Shown here piece after piece: positions 1 to 9,548 of a DNA stretch of 64,000 nt. Origin of the DNA: Candidatus Uhrbacteria bacterium. GTDB lineage: Bacteria > Patescibacteriota > Patescibacteriia > UBA9934. Location: contig JABHCP010000002.1 of NCBI GenBank assembly GCA_018673485.1, positions 1,502-65,501 of the forward strand, read 5' to 3'. A program made the position numbers and the translations under genes. The first letter of the stretch is position 1. Each line of letters starts with the position of its first letter. The notes under the pieces were generated by a model, which was not told the DNA's origin, did not search any database, and saw only the letters and a list, made by a program, of their open reading frames with translations.

Positions 1-25
1 GCTGGAGCTTGAACCATTCAATACA

Positions 26-481
26 ATGTCGAGCGCCTCGGCCTCAGTAATTGTAAATAGTGATCCGGTGATTGTTACAATAGGGTCAGAACAGACGACA
101 GTAGACGAAGAGGGTCAATATATTTTGGTCGACATTGATCGTCAGACTATATTTGCGTATCAAGACGGCGCATTGCAAAATTCGTTCTTGATCTCTGGTG
201 GCACATCTTACTACCCATCACCAACGGGGGACTATGAAGTGATGGAGAAGATTCTTTGGAAAGATTACACTTGGTACTTTGGAGATGCAGATTCTCGTAA
301 CTATGATCTTTCAGGGGTGAAATATAATTTAAAATTTAAGAACATGTATTACATCCATTCCGCTTATTGGCATAATAATTTTGGGAATCCGATGAGTCAT
401 GGGTGTATTAATACCTCGTATGAGGATGCAGAGTGGATATATGAATGGGCTGATGTTGGAGCTACGGTAGAGGTTCGATAA
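26..481 (+). CDS. L,D-transpeptidase catalytic-domain protein (YkuD-like); may extend upstream of the window
   Basis: HGC catalytic motif (MSHGCINTSYEDAEW) typical of YkuD L,D-transpeptidases; the reading frame is open back to position 2, so possibly 5'-truncated by the window edge. Confidence 0.7.
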   Translation: MSSASASVIVNSDPVIVTIGSEQTTVDEEGQYILVDIDRQTIFAYQDGALQNSFLISGGTSYYPSPTGDYEVMEKILWKDYTWYFGDADSRNYDLSGVKYNLKFKNMYYIHSAYWHNNFGNPMSHGCINTSYEDAEWIYEWADVGATVEVR

Positions 482-514
482 AGTTTATAGTGCGCCCTTC
501 GACAGGCTCAGGAC

Positions 515-546
515 AAAAAAACCGCAGATTATTCTGCGGTTTTTTT
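515..546. terminator. Rho-independent terminator hairpin (bidirectional)
   Basis: A7-ccgcagattattctgcgg-T8: 7 bp GC stem flanked by A and T runs, between convergent CDS and tRNA. Confidence 0.6.
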
Positions 547-622
547 GGTGGACCCTATCGGAGTCGAACCGATGACCTCCTCGGTGCAAGCGAGGCGCTC
601 TAGCCAGCTGAGCTAAGGGCCC
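546..622 (-). tRNA. tRNA-Ala (anticodon TGC), CCA encoded
   Basis: Reverse complement GGGCCCTTAGCTCAGCTGGCTAGAGCGCCTCGCTTGCACCGAGGAGGTCATCGGTTCGACTCCGATAGGGTCCACCA folds as canonical cloverleaf; anticodon loop CTTGCAC. Confidence 0.85.
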
Positions 623-696
623 ATATTCGAAAGCGACATAATAATACCCAATTTGACTCAATTCGTCAATAGTTAATAATAGCGCTATTTTAGCTT

Positions 697-726
697 CAAG
701 GTTGAACCTTTAAAGGTTCAACCTTG
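697..726. promoter_or_regulatory. 30 bp perfect palindrome caaggttgaacctt-ta-aaggttcaaccttg (copy 1 of 2)
   Basis: Perfect 14 bp arms; near-identical copy at 9518-9548 with the same upstream context TTTTAGCTYCAAGG; about 75 bp upstream of tRNA-Ala 5' end. Confidence 0.5.
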
Positions 727-783
727 GGCAGATAAAGCAAAAGCGTCCGCCACGAGGTGGCGGAGCGCAGAGCGCGAGCGAGG

Positions 784-1206
784 TCAATCCTTGAGAAGCC
801 CGTACTTTTTGAGCTTCTCTCGTCCCTGCGGAACGATGCGGCTTAATCGATGGCGTTCCCGGGATCCAGACTTTGTCACACGATAGTCAGTATAGCCGGG
901 GCTGACTGAGGGCTCGCACGCTACCATCTTTTGCTTCCTGAGCATCTTGATCGTCTTCCAGATTAGGATAAAGCGCAAGCCCTTGATCGTGTCTCCAACG
1001 TGTTCATGGATACGGTCACCGCGGACCCATCCACACGCTCCAAATGGGCCCATGACGTAGGCTCCCTCAATTGCGCCGATTCGAGACATGGATTCGAGAA
1101 CAGCCCAAGCATACAGCTCGTACTTGGTGCGCTTGAAGTGGATGCTCCGACTGGTGCGGATTGCGATGAGCGTCGAAATAGCGAGAATGATCCAGGCGAT
1201 CGTCAT
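784..1206 (-). CDS. hypothetical membrane-anchored protein (local GC elevated)
   Basis: 140 aa ORF, N-terminal hydrophobic helix, followed by hairpin tccgccac-gag-gtggcgga at 745-768; no recognisable family. Confidence 0.35.
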   Translation of the reverse strand: MTIAWIILAISTLIAIRTSRSIHFKRTKYELYAWAVLESMSRIGAIEGAYVMGPFGACGWVRGDRIHEHVGDTIKGLRFILIWKTIKMLRKQKMVACEPSVSPGYTDYRVTKSGSRERHRLSRIVPQGREKLKKYGLLKD

Positions 1207-1345
1207 TTTTCCTTCTTTCCGAGAGAGGTCTCGCGGATGTGGGGTTAATGGTAGAACGGATAATGAGATTAGCCTGAAATCTACGTTTTGTCAATCCGTT
1301 CGCTGAAAAGTGCTATAATTTATAAAAGAATTAATATAATCAAAT

Positions 1346-1882
1346 ATGAATAGATTTTGGAAAAATGTTTCTGTACTTTTGGGGCTCATTTTAGCGATAC
1401 TTATCGCTGCAGCATGGTATATGGGTTGCATGGGTACCTATGAAGTTGAGGTTCGTTCAATGGGTCCTTATAATTTTGTGTACGAAGAGTACACTGGCCC
1501 TTACACTCAGTCCGGACCCGTCTTCACACGAGTTTACGATAGTCTTTTAGAAGATGGTATCGGAACCAATGTTGGTATGGGTTTGTATTACGATAACCCC
1601 GATGAAGTAGCGCAAGACGAGCTCTACAGTGAGCTTGGATCAGTTATCGACGACATTCAGGCCACGGTTCTTCCTGAGGGCTATAATTCCAAGGTCATTG
1701 ATTCCACTGAGTACGCGGTAGTTAAGTTTCCTTACAAGAACATGCTTTCGTATATGATTGGGCCGATCATGGTATACCCTGTTTTGAATGAGTATTTTGG
1801 AAATGAAGAAAATGGCGCAGAGTATGCAATAGAGCTTTATACCCAAGACGCGATTTATTACATGATAGAAGTAGCTCAATAA
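1346..1882 (+). CDS. membrane-anchored protein, possible GyrI-like effector-binding domain
   Basis: N-terminal TM helix then a roughly 150 aa domain that loosely resembles the GyrI-like / AraC effector-binding fold (weak, from memory). Confidence 0.45.
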   Translation: MNRFWKNVSVLLGLILAILIAAAWYMGCMGTYEVEVRSMGPYNFVYEEYTGPYTQSGPVFTRVYDSLLEDGIGTNVGMGLYYDNPDEVAQDELYSELGSVIDDIQATVLPEGYNSKVIDSTEYAVVKFPYKNMLSYMIGPIMVYPVLNEYFGNEENGAEYAIELYTQDAIYYMIEVAQ

Positions 1883-1885
1883 TTT

Positions 1886-2848
1886 ATGGACCGTTTTGGA
1901 TTATCAAAAGAGGTTGGTGAGATGTATGGCGATGCAGCTCTTGCCATTGGGCATGAGTATGATGAAGATCGGCTAGTAATGCCTGACAGTAAGGAAGCGC
2001 GAATGAGCGTTGTACCTTTTTTGCACGATGCGGGGATTGATATTTCAAAATTATCTCAACGTGCTATTGATAGACTGGAGATGTTGCATGAAAACACCAG
2101 ACATTTTAGAGATGAATTGCAGTCCGTTGAATATATTCGCAGAATTTCAGATTATATTGCTAAACATGATTCAGCACGTGCGTTTGAAGATGGTGAGATC
2201 GAGCAGATAATTGTAGGAACCATATTTTCAGACATTGGTAAGACTGGACCGCGCGGAGCAACTCAGGAGCAGATTCAGGTCATTACAGATATGTATGGTA
2301 TTGATGAAAAGGTCAGTCCTAATGATACTGTTGCGGAATTTATACAAAAATTTTTTCCATATAGAGCTCCAGAAATGATAGATGATTATAATGGAGTTAG
2401 TGGTATCGATTCTGATATGACAATGCGTGAGTTTTGGGATCAGCATGTGTATTGGAGCTATGACATTATTCAGTACACTGGTTTGCCAGTGGATGGAATT
2501 ATTGCAGCAGCTACTCACCATATCATGGAAGGAAATATACCAATTGATATGGATGAGCACGGCATAATCCATGCGTTAGGAGTGGAGAGAAAAGTCGGTA
2601 GACCAGAGGTGTTTGTAATGATGCTCGATAAGTACGATGCTCAAATAAGGCGTGGAGGCAGAACGCATGATCAAGCGATCGCATATCTATATGATAGAGT
2701 CAGACATAATAAATTGTTAGATCAGATCGATGATGGCGGTGAACTTAGCGCATTAATGGTCTCATGCATTAGAGATATTGATATGGCACTGATGCTGCAA
2801 GAAGACGCAAAGGACTTGGATAGTGCGAGTGCAATGGCTGCAAAATAA
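1886..2848 (+). CDS. HD-domain-like hypothetical protein
   Basis: H...HD...H...H pattern (AIGHEY ... FLHDAGID ... AATHHIMEG); AT-rich coding, typical codon usage. Confidence 0.5.
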   Translation: MDRFGLSKEVGEMYGDAALAIGHEYDEDRLVMPDSKEARMSVVPFLHDAGIDISKLSQRAIDRLEMLHENTRHFRDELQSVEYIRRISDYIAKHDSARAFEDGEIEQIIVGTIFSDIGKTGPRGATQEQIQVITDMYGIDEKVSPNDTVAEFIQKFFPYRAPEMIDDYNGVSGIDSDMTMREFWDQHVYWSYDIIQYTGLPVDGIIAAATHHIMEGNIPIDMDEHGIIHALGVERKVGRPEVFVMMLDKYDAQIRRGGRTHDQAIAYLYDRVRHNKLLDQIDDGGELSALMVSCIRDIDMALMLQEDAKDLDSASAMAAK

Positions 2849-2897
2849 AATATAGTCGATTGCGGTCCGATCGGACTACAATCGATTATAAAATAAA

Positions 2898-2940
2898 AAA
2901 CACCCGCGCTTGATCGAATTCGATCTAATGCGGGTGTTTT
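2898..2940. terminator. bidirectional terminator hairpin between convergent genes
   Basis: acacccgcgc...gcgggtgt stem with inner gatcgaattcgatc palindrome followed by T-run. Confidence 0.6.
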
Positions 2941-2951
2941 TTTATTTGTGT

Positions 2952-3641
2952 CTATTGGAAAAGTGCTGTTTCACACTCATCGACTGCATCCTCTGCTGTT
3001 TCGATAATTTCATCACTTGGTGTGTATTCTTCGAAACCGTTGTATGGATCAGAGAGATTAATTGTCATCATGTTTCGATTTGCACGATCTTCCCATCCCA
3101 TTAGCCATGGATTTGCGCATGGTCCAGGAGAGTCGTCACCTGACTGGAATAGAACGATAAGCTTTCCATTTTCGTATCCGATTACGTGCATAACTGGGAA
3201 GTATTGATCAGTGCCATCGATTCCATATTCATCGACGTTGTTTATATCTCTTCGCCATAGACGATCAAATGAGTAGTCATCTTCATTGTACTTATAAAGA
3301 CTCAGTAGCGTATCACCTAACTCAAGAAGTGTTTTTCTACTTGCAAAGTAGACAAAGTTTGGCTCGATGGGATCTTGAACAACGCCAAACTCAATTTCTT
3401 GATACTCAGAGAGACTTTGAATGTCCTCAATTGCATTTTCATAAAACTCCCATTCCTCTGGCATAATGTATTCATAATTCGTTGCCTCGACTACGCGGGT
3501 TGTTTCGTCGAGCACCTCTTGTGCATCAGGGAGTATTGCAACGTCTTCTGTTTTGAGAATTGATGTTATCAAGATTATCCCGACGACGATCAAAACACCG
3601 GCGATAATGTACTGAAAGTACTTTGGTTTGTGGTCTGACAT
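2952..3641 (-). CDS. hypothetical exported/membrane-anchored acidic protein
   Basis: 229 aa, N-terminal TM anchor (YIIAGVLIVVGIILITSIL), acidic C-terminal domain. Confidence 0.5.
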   Translation of the reverse strand: MSDHKPKYFQYIIAGVLIVVGIILITSILKTEDVAILPDAQEVLDETTRVVEATNYEYIMPEEWEFYENAIEDIQSLSEYQEIEFGVVQDPIEPNFVYFASRKTLLELGDTLLSLYKYNEDDYSFDRLWRRDINNVDEYGIDGTDQYFPVMHVIGYENGKLIVLFQSGDDSPGPCANPWLMGWEDRANRNMMTINLSDPYNGFEEYTPSDEIIETAEDAVDECETALFQ

Positions 3642-3643
3642 AG

Positions 3644-4630
3644 TTATGCAATTTTATTAGGTAAACGTTTGTTATTTGTAAAAGCTAAAATGTTTTTTAG
3701 TGCAATCTGTCCCATGGCATCGCGCGCTTCGATCGTGGCTGACGCTGTATGCGGTGTTAAGATTACATTTGGCATTTTCCTGAGTTCAAATTTATCTCTT
3801 GGGTTGCAGTCGATCTTTGGTTCACATTCATAAACGTCTAGCCCAGCTCCGGCAATGTCGCCATTTTTTAGGGCCTTGATGAGTTCAGTTTCATCGACTA
3901 CTGGGCCCCGCGAGGTGTTTATTAGGAAAGCTGTTTTTTTCATGGCCTTCAGCTCCTTTGTGCTTATTAGGTGATGTGTTGCTTTTAGTAGTGGTACATG
4001 GAGCGTTACGATATCAGCTTCTTTTAGGAGTTGAGTTTTAGTTCTGAGTTTTGCTTTAAAATCCTTTTCGTATTTTGTATTTCGTTTGATGTCGTTGTAT
4101 ATAATCTTTACTCCAAATCCATCATAGAGCCGTTTTGAAATGCTGTATCCGATTCTCCCAGCTCCTATAACCCCAATCGTTTTACCAGATAGTCCGCTTC
4201 CAAGCATGAGTCCTGGATCCCATCCTTTATATTTTTTCGCTCGCGTGAAATTATCAGCCTCAATTAATCTATGTGCTAGTCCAAAGATCATTGCGATTGC
4301 GTGTTCAGCAACGGACTCTGTACTTTGATCACACGGCGTGTTGATAACTCGAATTTTTCGTCTCTTCGCCTCTTCGATATCTATATTATCAAAACCAACT
4401 GCATAGTTTGCGATCATTTTAAGCTGATCACCAGCCGCGTCCATAACTTGTGCGTCAATTCTGTCAGTGAGCAATGAAAGAATAATATCAGCGCCTTTAA
4501 CGCGCTTGAGAAGTTCTTTTCGTGGGATGATTTGATCTTTTTTGTATACAGAAACTTCAAACCCTTTTTGTTTTGAAAGTTTTTCAATTGCAGTTCCAGG
4601 GAACTGTCGCGTAACAAATATTTTGGTCAT
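3644..4630 (-). CDS. D-isomer-specific 2-hydroxyacid dehydrogenase (glycerate/hydroxypyruvate reductase family)
   Basis: NAD-binding GVIGAGRIGYSISKRL motif and the usual catalytic-region spacing for this family. Confidence 0.85.
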   Translation of the reverse strand: MTKIFVTRQFPGTAIEKLSKQKGFEVSVYKKDQIIPRKELLKRVKGADIILSLLTDRIDAQVMDAAGDQLKMIANYAVGFDNIDIEEAKRRKIRVINTPCDQSTESVAEHAIAMIFGLAHRLIEADNFTRAKKYKGWDPGLMLGSGLSGKTIGVIGAGRIGYSISKRLYDGFGVKIIYNDIKRNTKYEKDFKAKLRTKTQLLKEADIVTLHVPLLKATHHLISTKELKAMKKTAFLINTSRGPVVDETELIKALKNGDIAGAGLDVYECEPKIDCNPRDKFELRKMPNVILTPHTASATIEARDAMGQIALKNILAFTNNKRLPNKIA

Positions 4631-4736
4631 ATGTATTAGTCTTGAGAGGGTCTCCCTGACTTGCTGGCAAGCAGGTCCTAGACGTCGAGATGGGAATTAA
4701 TGCTAACCATTTCGAACGGAGTGAGAAATCTTCTAA
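4631..4736. repeat. intergenic hairpin repeat module (family B copy 1)
   Basis: Shares gcaggtcctagRcgtcgagatgg and ttcgaa...gagaaatcttc modules with copies at 13321-13493, 40203-40318, 50655-50758. Confidence 0.6.
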
Positions 4737-5711
4737 TTATATCAACTTAACTTTAACTCTCTTGAGAGCGGCCCTTGTTGGCCACTTGTTCAATATTCCA
4801 ATTTTTGCACCATATGACTGAATCACTGACTCCGCGTTTAACATCCCGACCTTGAGCGCCTCATCGATTCCCATTCCTTTTGCAAGCGCTGAAACTAGCC
4901 CTGATCCGAATGAATCTCCAGCACCAGTGCGTGATATCGCTTTCTTGCCTTGCGGTCTGATATACCAAGTTGTTCCATCCAGGTGAGCATATGCGCCATT
5001 TGGGCCATCTGTGATTATCACAGTGAGCCCGGGGAGCGCTAACTTCTCGCAAAGCTCTTTAATACTGGATTTATTATCTTTGGTGAGCTCTCGAGCTTCC
5101 TCAGTATTTAGATTAAACAGTGTTAGATGTTTCATGATCGGGAGCAGTTCCTTTAGTCCCTTGCTAAGCTCTCCGCCTCCAGGATTAAAGGCGATCAGTG
5201 TTTTGTTTTTGCGAGCTTCTTTTACAACTTTTAGAGCGAGCGATGTATTACCTGCCAGAGATGTAATATAGAGCCATTTTGATTTTAGCTTTTTAAGCGG
5301 TACGTCTTTGATTTGGAATTCGCTAGAAACACCACGATGAACGAGCGCACTGCGCTCTCCATTTTTTGCAGTTAGCAAAACACTATAACCAGTTGTACCT
5401 TTTTTGATTTTGTTAACGAGAGTTGTTTTGACGTTGAACTTTTTTAGATCATTGATCACTGACTCGGCAGCATCGTCGTCACCAACTCTGGTAATGACTG
5501 CGGTATTAAATCCAAGTGATGCAAATGTCGCAGCTGAGTTTGTTCCACCTCCACCAGTAGTTCTTACCACAGTCTCGACATCGATTTTACTTCCAAACGG
5601 AACGCACTCACCAACACCTGTTGAGAATTTGTCAGAATTAATAAGCTGAAAATTCTTTGATGCCAAGAAAACATCTCGAGTAGCTGATCCAATTGTTATG
5701 ATGTCGTACAT
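4737..5711 (-). CDS. PfkB-family carbohydrate kinase (ribokinase-like)
   Basis: N-terminal GGGGTNSAATFASLG and C-terminal GAGDSFGSGLVSALAKG signatures of the PfkB/ribokinase family. Confidence 0.85.
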   Translation of the reverse strand: MYDIITIGSATRDVFLASKNFQLINSDKFSTGVGECVPFGSKIDVETVVRTTGGGGTNSAATFASLGFNTAVITRVGDDDAAESVINDLKKFNVKTTLVNKIKKGTTGYSVLLTAKNGERSALVHRGVSSEFQIKDVPLKKLKSKWLYITSLAGNTSLALKVVKEARKNKTLIAFNPGGGELSKGLKELLPIMKHLTLFNLNTEEARELTKDNKSSIKELCEKLALPGLTVIITDGPNGAYAHLDGTTWYIRPQGKKAISRTGAGDSFGSGLVSALAKGMGIDEALKVGMLNAESVIQSYGAKIGILNKWPTRAALKRVKVKLI

Positions 5712-5719
5712 ATAATTTT

Positions 5720-5799
5720 GTCATTCCTGGCCCCGACCAGGAATCTATCATTTATCGAATTTGATATTCGATGGTTCCCGGATCGGGGTCCGGGATGAC
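5720..5799. repeat. compound hairpin repeat element (family A copy 1): GTCATYCC-hairpin-GGRATCYATCRTTTATC ... GGGATGAC
   Basis: Near-identical cores at 12311-12399 and 23954-24080. Confidence 0.65.
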
Positions 5800-5800
5800 A

Positions 5801-6631
5801 CTAAGCCTCGTGCTTTTCCCAAAGCTTAATGAAGTATAGATAGTTTTTCGCAATTTTCTCTACTGCTTGCTTGCGTGTAATTTTTTTATCTTTGAATTGC
5901 TCAAGCGGTTTGTAGAATATGGTGCGACCAATTGCAAACCCACTAACTACACCGGACTTTGCCGCTGCGATAATCCAGTCTTCTACCTTTGCTTTGCTTG
6001 CCCCCCGACCCAATATAACTAAGTCGCTTTTTGCAACTTTGTATATCTCTTTCCATTGTTTTGCATATGGTAGGCCTTCGAGCTTCCATACATCAGGGTC
6101 AGAACCTGCTTTTTTCATTTCTATAATCGCTTTTCTCATTTGTTTGAAACGAGACCCCTTACCTGTCATTAGTGGCTCATTCAGCCATTTTTGATCATGA
6201 TTCTTACACCAGTCATTAAGTCTTTTAAGTCGCGCATTCTGAATCTTATTGGCTTCTTTTTGACTTACGTCATATCGGACAAGTGCTTTTGCGTATGTAG
6301 GTTTCATTTCTTTAAGATGCTTTCCAAATCCGTTACCATATTTAAATTGAAAGAATAGCTGTCCACTTTGTTCTACTGACATGGCAAATGGAATCATCTG
6401 CTTTTGGCACGCTTTTATGACGTGAGAACCAAATTCTTCATCAATAAGAATGCCCATGTCCTCTGAATGCTCGTATTGATTATGAGCTAGCATAAAACCG
6501 TCAAAAACTACGCTTTTCATTTTACTAACCTCACGAAGTTGAGCGGCTGTTTTTACAGGGTATTTAAAGCCTAGGAGCTTTTCTGCAAATGTTGAACGAT
6601 GATCAAATGGCAAAATAAATAGTCGATCCAT
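5801..6631 (-). CDS. class I aldolase-fold protein (DhnA/FbaB-like or DUF2090-like)
   Basis: C-terminal GFAIGRTIF resembles the GRNxFQ motif of DhnA-type class I aldolases; immediately adjacent to the PfkB kinase. Confidence 0.45.
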   Translation of the reverse strand: MDRLFILPFDHRSTFAEKLLGFKYPVKTAAQLREVSKMKSVVFDGFMLAHNQYEHSEDMGILIDEEFGSHVIKACQKQMIPFAMSVEQSGQLFFQFKYGNGFGKHLKEMKPTYAKALVRYDVSQKEANKIQNARLKRLNDWCKNHDQKWLNEPLMTGKGSRFKQMRKAIIEMKKAGSDPDVWKLEGLPYAKQWKEIYKVAKSDLVILGRGASKAKVEDWIIAAAKSGVVSGFAIGRTIFYKPLEQFKDKKITRKQAVEKIAKNYLYFIKLWEKHEA

Positions 6632-6649
6632 ATGTCCCCATTATAGCAT

Positions 6650-7210
6650 TTATCGGAAATCCGATCCTTTGTAGATGTAGAATGGTAGAGCTTTGTCAGT
6701 TTTGAGTACTTTGCTTGGTTTTATGTTCTCCATCGCCCATCCTTGTACTGCAATCAGTGCCTCGTCTTTGAGTTCAGCTTTGAATTTTTCTTTAAGCCTG
6801 TCATATGCTTTTGTGAGCAAGAATATAATGATGATGTCCGCGTTGTCGATGGATTGCTTGAATAGATTCTTGTACTTAATTTGTACGTTCTTGTATTTGA
6901 GCGCTCTGAGTTTTGCGATCAGATAGGGGATCACGGAAATCTCACACCCAATAAAATTTGCCTTGGTATTTTCTTTAGCTAGTGCAAAAAGCAGGGTTCC
7001 AGTACCGCAGCCAAGATCATAAATTATCTGCCCAGGCTTTATTTCCAGACTCTTCACCAACGCCTTTTTTTCACGTCGTTTAGTAGGTACCCATGGGGCA
7101 GCTGATAGGCCGGCGACAGCGCCGGTTGCGACAGCGATCCAGATAATAGCAAATATTACCCATGACGCTGTGGGGTATAGTTCAAAAAGATCTGAAAATG
7201 GATTTGTCAT
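6650..7210 (-). CDS. class I SAM-dependent methyltransferase with N-terminal TM helix
   Basis: Motif I DLGCGTGTLLFAL; small Rossmann MTase size. Confidence 0.7.
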   Translation of the reverse strand: MTNPFSDLFELYPTASWVIFAIIWIAVATGAVAGLSAAPWVPTKRREKKALVKSLEIKPGQIIYDLGCGTGTLLFALAKENTKANFIGCEISVIPYLIAKLRALKYKNVQIKYKNLFKQSIDNADIIIIFLLTKAYDRLKEKFKAELKDEALIAVQGWAMENIKPSKVLKTDKALPFYIYKGSDFR

Positions 7211-7283
7211 ATGTTGATGCGTGAGTTGAGTTTTGTTGATGTATTATAGCTCGAACACACTAAATGCGCTAAAATGTATTCAT

Positions 7284-8522
7284 ATGAATAAAAAACTATC
7301 GATTAGTATAATTATTGTAGTAGGCGTTATCGTCGTCATAGGTCTTTTCATTACAGCTCGGTCTTTGTCGCAGAATCAATATATAGACGATGAGGTTTAT
7401 GTTCCACAGGAGTATCAAGACGTTGAGCTTGGCAATGATTACTCTGGACCAATTAAATATGATGATTCTACGCTTGTGTATGGTGCTGACGCACCAGTGT
7501 ACGTGACGATTTACTCGCACAATGAAGATTCATGGTCGTCACTTGTAAATACACCTGAGCATTATGAAGAATATCGCACTGGATTAATCGAGCGTGCTGA
7601 GTTATTAGCTGAGTATGGTATTGAATGGAACTGGCAGTCCGACCAACCAGTTATAGAAGCTATGATTGAGTATGAAGATGATGGTTGGCTCAAGGCGCTT
7701 CCCGGAGGTCTCAATGTGCTTGAATATTTAGAAACACTTGGCGCGCACTTTGATCCGCATGCTCATTCTAATAATTATGCAGACATAGCGTATCTTATTG
7801 AGCAGCTTGGTGTTAAGGCGACAGGAATTATTGGTGGAACAGTTCTGATAAAATGTGGTACTGAGCATTTAGGATTTTTAAATTTAGATAGCTGGTATGA
7901 CAATGTTGGCATTGAGAGCGATGGTTATGTTTACGGAAGTGACTATCCATTAGCAAAATGGAAGCCAGAAATTCTTTCAGACCCCGGAATGGGTGGGCAT
8001 TATTATGATGAATGGAGCTCGGGAGTTTGGAGGCCAGGTGATGAGGACAAGTTTTATATTAATTTTCCAGACAATGACATTGTATATATTGGGGAAGGGT
8101 ATCCGCACGATGCAACCGTGATAGGTGCCGAGCATGCAAGTGGGGCGGAAGTTCATTCAGAAGATGGCCAGTATATTAAGGACTTGGTAGGTAAGATTGA
8201 AGATGGAGATGTGCCTACGGGTACATCCGATGGTGAGAAATTCATGTATACCGCATCTATTCATATGCGCGATACTGACGTTGTGAGTCATGAAGATTCA
8301 ACTGTTAACACTGTTGAGGGGATCCAGTCTGTCCTTGATGAGCTTATGCCTTTGGTGGATTCAGGTCAGATAATATTCGTTGATTACGAGACAGCGGCGG
8401 AGATCTGGGAGACTGAATATAGTGAAGTTCCGTACCGATATGACTTGTTCGAGTTTAAGTTTTACAAAGCAGTTCGTGATCAGGCAGAAGGTCAATGTGA
8501 GGAGATGGCACCGAGTCGCTAA
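7284..8522 (+). CDS. hypothetical exported protein (membrane-anchored)
   Basis: Likely true start MNKKLSIS at 7284 inside ORF 7233-8522; N-terminal TM, large acidic extracytoplasmic domain; terminator follows. Confidence 0.55.
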   Translation: MNKKLSISIIIVVGVIVVIGLFITARSLSQNQYIDDEVYVPQEYQDVELGNDYSGPIKYDDSTLVYGADAPVYVTIYSHNEDSWSSLVNTPEHYEEYRTGLIERAELLAEYGIEWNWQSDQPVIEAMIEYEDDGWLKALPGGLNVLEYLETLGAHFDPHAHSNNYADIAYLIEQLGVKATGIIGGTVLIKCGTEHLGFLNLDSWYDNVGIESDGYVYGSDYPLAKWKPEILSDPGMGGHYYDEWSSGVWRPGDEDKFYINFPDNDIVYIGEGYPHDATVIGAEHASGAEVHSEDGQYIKDLVGKIEDGDVPTGTSDGEKFMYTASIHMRDTDVVSHEDSTVNTVEGIQSVLDELMPLVDSGQIIFVDYETAAEIWETEYSEVPYRYDLFEFKFYKAVRDQAEGQCEEMAPSR

Positions 8523-8539
8523 GTTTCACAGAAATAGAA

Positions 8540-8563
8540 AACCCCGCAATCGCGGGGTTTTCT
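8540..8563. terminator. Rho-independent terminator aaaaCCCCGCaatcGCGGGGtttt
   Basis: Perfect 6 bp GC stem flanked by A4/T4. Confidence 0.7.
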
Positions 8564-8579
8564 TGATCCCAGGGTATGT

Positions 8580-8655
8580 TGGTGGATCCGACGGGAGTCG
8601 AACCCGCATCCTCTGGTGACAAGCAAGATGAGGTTACCATTACCTCTACGGACCC
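8580..8655 (-). tRNA. tRNA, probably Thr (anticodon TGT)
   Basis: RC GGGTCCGTAGAGGTAATGGTAACCTCATCTTGCTTGTCACCAGAGGATGCGGGTTCGACTCCCGTCGGATCCACCA; good acceptor, D and T arms; anticodon arm has one mismatch and C37, so the isotype call is tentative. Confidence 0.6.
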
Positions 8656-8768
8656 ATTTCCCTGAGCTAATAAAATAAAAACAAGGATTTGCGTCCTTGT
8701 TGTTATTTGTCACCAGAGGCGAGTTCTTTTATAGAACCTCATCTAGCACTTCTATTACAGCATCTGAA

Positions 8769-9470
8769 CTATCTTCCGTCAATGCCCAGTGTTGATAAAA
8801 GCTCTCTTCGTTCTGTTTTTGTGAGTTGTCGATAGTTTCCGGGGCCAAGCTCACCGAGCTTTACATTCATTACTCGAATGCGTTTGAGTGTTGCAACTTC
8901 GTATCCGAGTGCTGTACACATCCTTCTGATTTGTCGGTTGCGACCTTCCTTGAGGATGATTTTAAATTTCTTTGGACCAAGATTTTTTACAGGTGCAGGA
9001 TTTGTTACTCGTCCGTCGAGCATCACGCCCTTTTTCATTCCATCGAGAAACTTTCGATTCATTTCTTTGTTCACAGTAACAACGTATTCTTTTTCATGCT
9101 CAAATTTTGGACTGGCAATTTTATTGGCAATATCGCCGTTATTTGTGAGAAGTAATAGTCCAGTAGACTCAACATCAATTCGACCAATGTAGATTAGGCG
9201 CTCATCAGAATCGATGTAGTCAAAAACGGTATTGTCGGCATCCTCATCTGAAGTGCAGATAACACCATATGGTTTGTGAAATGCGATGAAGACATCACCT
9301 GAGCGTGGTCTGATGAGCTCACCGTCGACATAGACCTTCTGTCCTTCTTCAACCTGCTGCCCAACTTTTGCCAGATCATTCCCAATAGTAACCCGACCGT
9401 CATCAATAAGCGTGTCGGCTTTTCGTCTTGAACAAAATCCAGAATCAGCAATGTATTTGTTTAGTCTCAT
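8769..9470 (-). CDS. rRNA pseudouridine synthase, RsuA/RluB family (S4 domain + catalytic domain)
   Basis: N-terminal S4 (LNKYIADSGFCSRRKADTLI), catalytic motifs HKPYGVICT and GRIDVESTGLLLLTNNG. Confidence 0.85.
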   Translation of the reverse strand: MRLNKYIADSGFCSRRKADTLIDDGRVTIGNDLAKVGQQVEEGQKVYVDGELIRPRSGDVFIAFHKPYGVICTSDEDADNTVFDYIDSDERLIYIGRIDVESTGLLLLTNNGDIANKIASPKFEHEKEYVVTVNKEMNRKFLDGMKKGVMLDGRVTNPAPVKNLGPKKFKIILKEGRNRQIRRMCTALGYEVATLKRIRVMNVKLGELGPGNYRQLTKTERRELLSTLGIDGR

Positions 9471-9517
9471 ACGTGAAAGATCATAGCAGAAACCCCAATA
9501 AAATCAAGGTTTTAGCT

Positions 9518-9548
9518 CCAAGGTTGAACCTTAGAGGTTCAACCTTGG
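9518..9548. promoter_or_regulatory. palindrome ccaaggttgaacct-tag-aggttcaaccttgg (copy 2 of 2)
   Basis: Same element as 697-726; located about 50 bp upstream of the pseudouridine synthase start. Confidence 0.5.

Noticed and set aside
1000-1306. Overlapping ORFs on both strands (1000-1248 +, 1067-1294 -, 1088-1306 +)
   Set aside because: These are a composition artefact of a locally GC-elevated stretch. They overlap the better-supported 784-1206 ORF and one another, with low-complexity R/S-rich translations.
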